Shown: positions 62,301-64,000 of the stretch, piece after piece | How the letters are laid out: each line of letters opens with the position of its first letter | Position numbering within the stretch: the stretch's first letter is position 1 | Origin: Klebsormidium nitens | Taxonomy: Eukaryota; Plantae; Klebsormidiophyceae | Length of the DNA stretch: 64,000 nucleotides | Direction: 5' to 3' | NCBI GenBank assembly: GCA_000708835.1 | Contig: DF237065.1 | Span: 62,001 to 126,000 of the forward strand | The notes under the pieces: generated by a model | Databases searched by the model: none | What the model was told of the DNA's origin: nothing | The model's input: only the letters and a program-made list of their open reading frames with translations | Position numbers and translations under genes: made by a program

Positions 62301-63341
62301 TCTTTCTGCTTCTCTCGATTGGATATATAGAATCACTGGTTACCAGCAATATCCCACCAGGCTCCCATCGGAGACAAAGTTTGCGGGCTCACATGTTGCC
62401 AGTATCCACCAGCGAATCGCCTGTGCAAAAAAGAGGAAGCCACGTCAAAGAATCAACCATGATTTTCATCCTAGCGTCATGCAATAGCTCACAAGTGCGG
62501 ATTCTTCGGCATATCAGGCGTCGACGCCAATCCAGCCCTAACTCTGCAAAGACTTGTCGCCTTTGGCGCTGACAAGGGCGAATTTGTTGAGGGCTTGAGT
62601 GCAAGGATTTCCGGAAAAGCACTGACTAAATTCTGGTGGATAATGCACGAAGCCATTGCAGAGATAGCTGTAGTTCTCCAGCTCAGCTTTCGTTCTGATC
62701 CTCAATCGATTACCTGCTATCCTTCAACTCTGATGGCATAGCCTGTTCGATTGCAGGCAGGTTATGTTTAAGCGTAAAATGTCTCTTTCCAAAATGTCAA
62801 ATCTCCATCATCAAATGATGACAAAAGAAGCACAGGAGCAGCAAGATACAGCCGCCTGCCAGTGTGGATGTCGCCAGCGGACGCACAGGATGCAACGGCT
62901 TGCTGACACTATCAGATCTCACTCACTGAAATCGTACCTCTCAACTCATTGCTGCTCATCGCCTTTTCAGAAGTCGTTCGGGTGAGACTTGAAAGCAGAA
63001 GATCAGGATGTCAGTCTCAACTGAAGCTTTTTGCAGGTTCAAAACAGTGCCGCGATTGCGATTAGATGTTACTGGCACTTACCAAAGACGAACAGAGCAG
63101 GGAGGAAGGGGTACGCAGTGCTTGCTTTGTAGACAAATCCATTTGCAGCTGCATTCGTAGCGGCCGCTTGCCCCATCGAGACTTGTGAATTAGCGGTCGC
63201 ATTTTGCAGCAGCCTTCTCCCTATGGTTTCTGCTGTCTCGCCAGGCGCAGGACCGTGAGCTTCAGGACTCAGGCTAAAGGCGGAGCTTGTCAAGGGAAAG
63301 ATAAGGAGAACCACGGAAAAAGTAAAACGAGGTGCCGCCAT
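59339..63341 (-). CDS. Secreted GDSL/SGNH esterase-lipase, 7 exons
   Basis: Exons 63341-63083 (signal peptide..ALFVF), 62420-62393 (GDSLVDTGN), 61965-61891, 61508-61325 (TGRPCNG..GANFASAGSG), 61016-60795 (GGND), 60304-60055 (GARSFL..PPIDCAP), 59580-59339 (ACCG..FWDGLHGT). Catalytic Ser and DxxH present. Confidence 0.92.
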
Positions 63342-63597
63342 GGCGAATTACGTGAACCGATAGGGTCGGCGATATGTTCCTCTCAGTTTCAATGCTCAGT
63401 GAAATTGACAATCAGGCCTCCTCTGATCATCCGGTTCTTGTCAGATCAACCATCAACCATTTCATCAGTCTCGTCAGGCTTTGCATCCTCCTTAAAATGC
63501 TGCATTTAGCGTTCAGCGCTCGTACTGAAGCTCCAACTTCGGCCACAAAGGTTTTAGTCTTGGCTGAGCCTACAAGGCGACGGCCCCGAGTCTCCTC

Positions 63598-63900
63598 TCA
63601 ACGGCAAGGCGTTTGGCGTGTTTGGACTTGGGAGCAGCTGCTACTGAAGCGGGTCAAGGATTTTTCATGGAGCTGAGTGAACGCAACGGAACGCTCGCCC
63701 GGCGTAAGGAGCATGGAAGCTGCCAACCACGCAGACAATAACTGGTGGTCCGATAGCAAAGGCAGGTCATTGATCCTTTCAATGATAAGATCTGCTTCTT
63801 TTGCGGTGCGCGTTTCTTTCGAGATAACAACGTACACCCATAGCGGCTGGTCAGCAAACCATGTGGCGTCTTCGATGAGTTTCAAAATCTCAAGGTCCTT
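63598..63900 (-). CDS. Possible exon or 3' fragment of an unidentified gene entering from the right edge
   Basis: Protein-like open frame DLEILKLIEDATWFADQPLWVYVVISKETRTAKEADLIIERINDLPLLSD; no family recognised. Confidence 0.3.
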   Translation of the reverse strand, partial: KDLEILKLIEDATWFADQPLWVYVVISKETRTAKEADLIIERINDLPLLSDHQLLSAWLAASMLLTPGERSVAFTQLHEKSLTRFSSSCSQVQTRQTPCR

Positions 63901-64000
63901 TTCATATCTTTTAGGTGGCTGCCTGAGGCCCTCGTTTCAAACTTCACTCGTTTCAAAGCCTTAGACACAGGCCCACAGGTTGCTTCTTGACAGCACAATT

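Overview
Intron-rich eukaryotic genomic DNA. The plant-type BRCA1 (RING-ePHD-2xBRCT), RLK/Pelle kinase, GDSL lipase and remnant ciliary gene together point to a streptophyte green alga, probably Klebsormidiophyceae-like (inference). I assembled six apparently intact spliced genes by hand from GT/GC-AG junctions and phase matching: TMEM45/DUF716-like (-), BRCA1-like (-), ALG1 (+, head-to-head with BRCA1), a ~1,450-1,550 aa uncharacterised multidomain gene (+, 26.9-39.1 kb), a ricin-B lectin/PAN receptor kinase (+) and a GDSL lipase (-). There is also a fragmentary, lesion-riddled CFAP54 pseudogene (-, 40.1-47.3 kb) and five small non-autonomous DNA-transposon-like inserts. Three signals stand out. 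(1) The big orphan gene appears to join a dynamin-like GTPase, a helical stalk, a TAGT/GREB1-like glycosyltransferase fold and an OTU fold, each with degenerate catalytic motifs, yet all 21 assembled exons stay in phase. (2) A flagellar central-pair gene is decaying in place. (3) Introns are repeatedly built from tandem 'echo' copies of the neighbouring exon edge plus splice site, some retaining in-frame splice sites. All domain calls are pattern recognition from memory; no searches were run.
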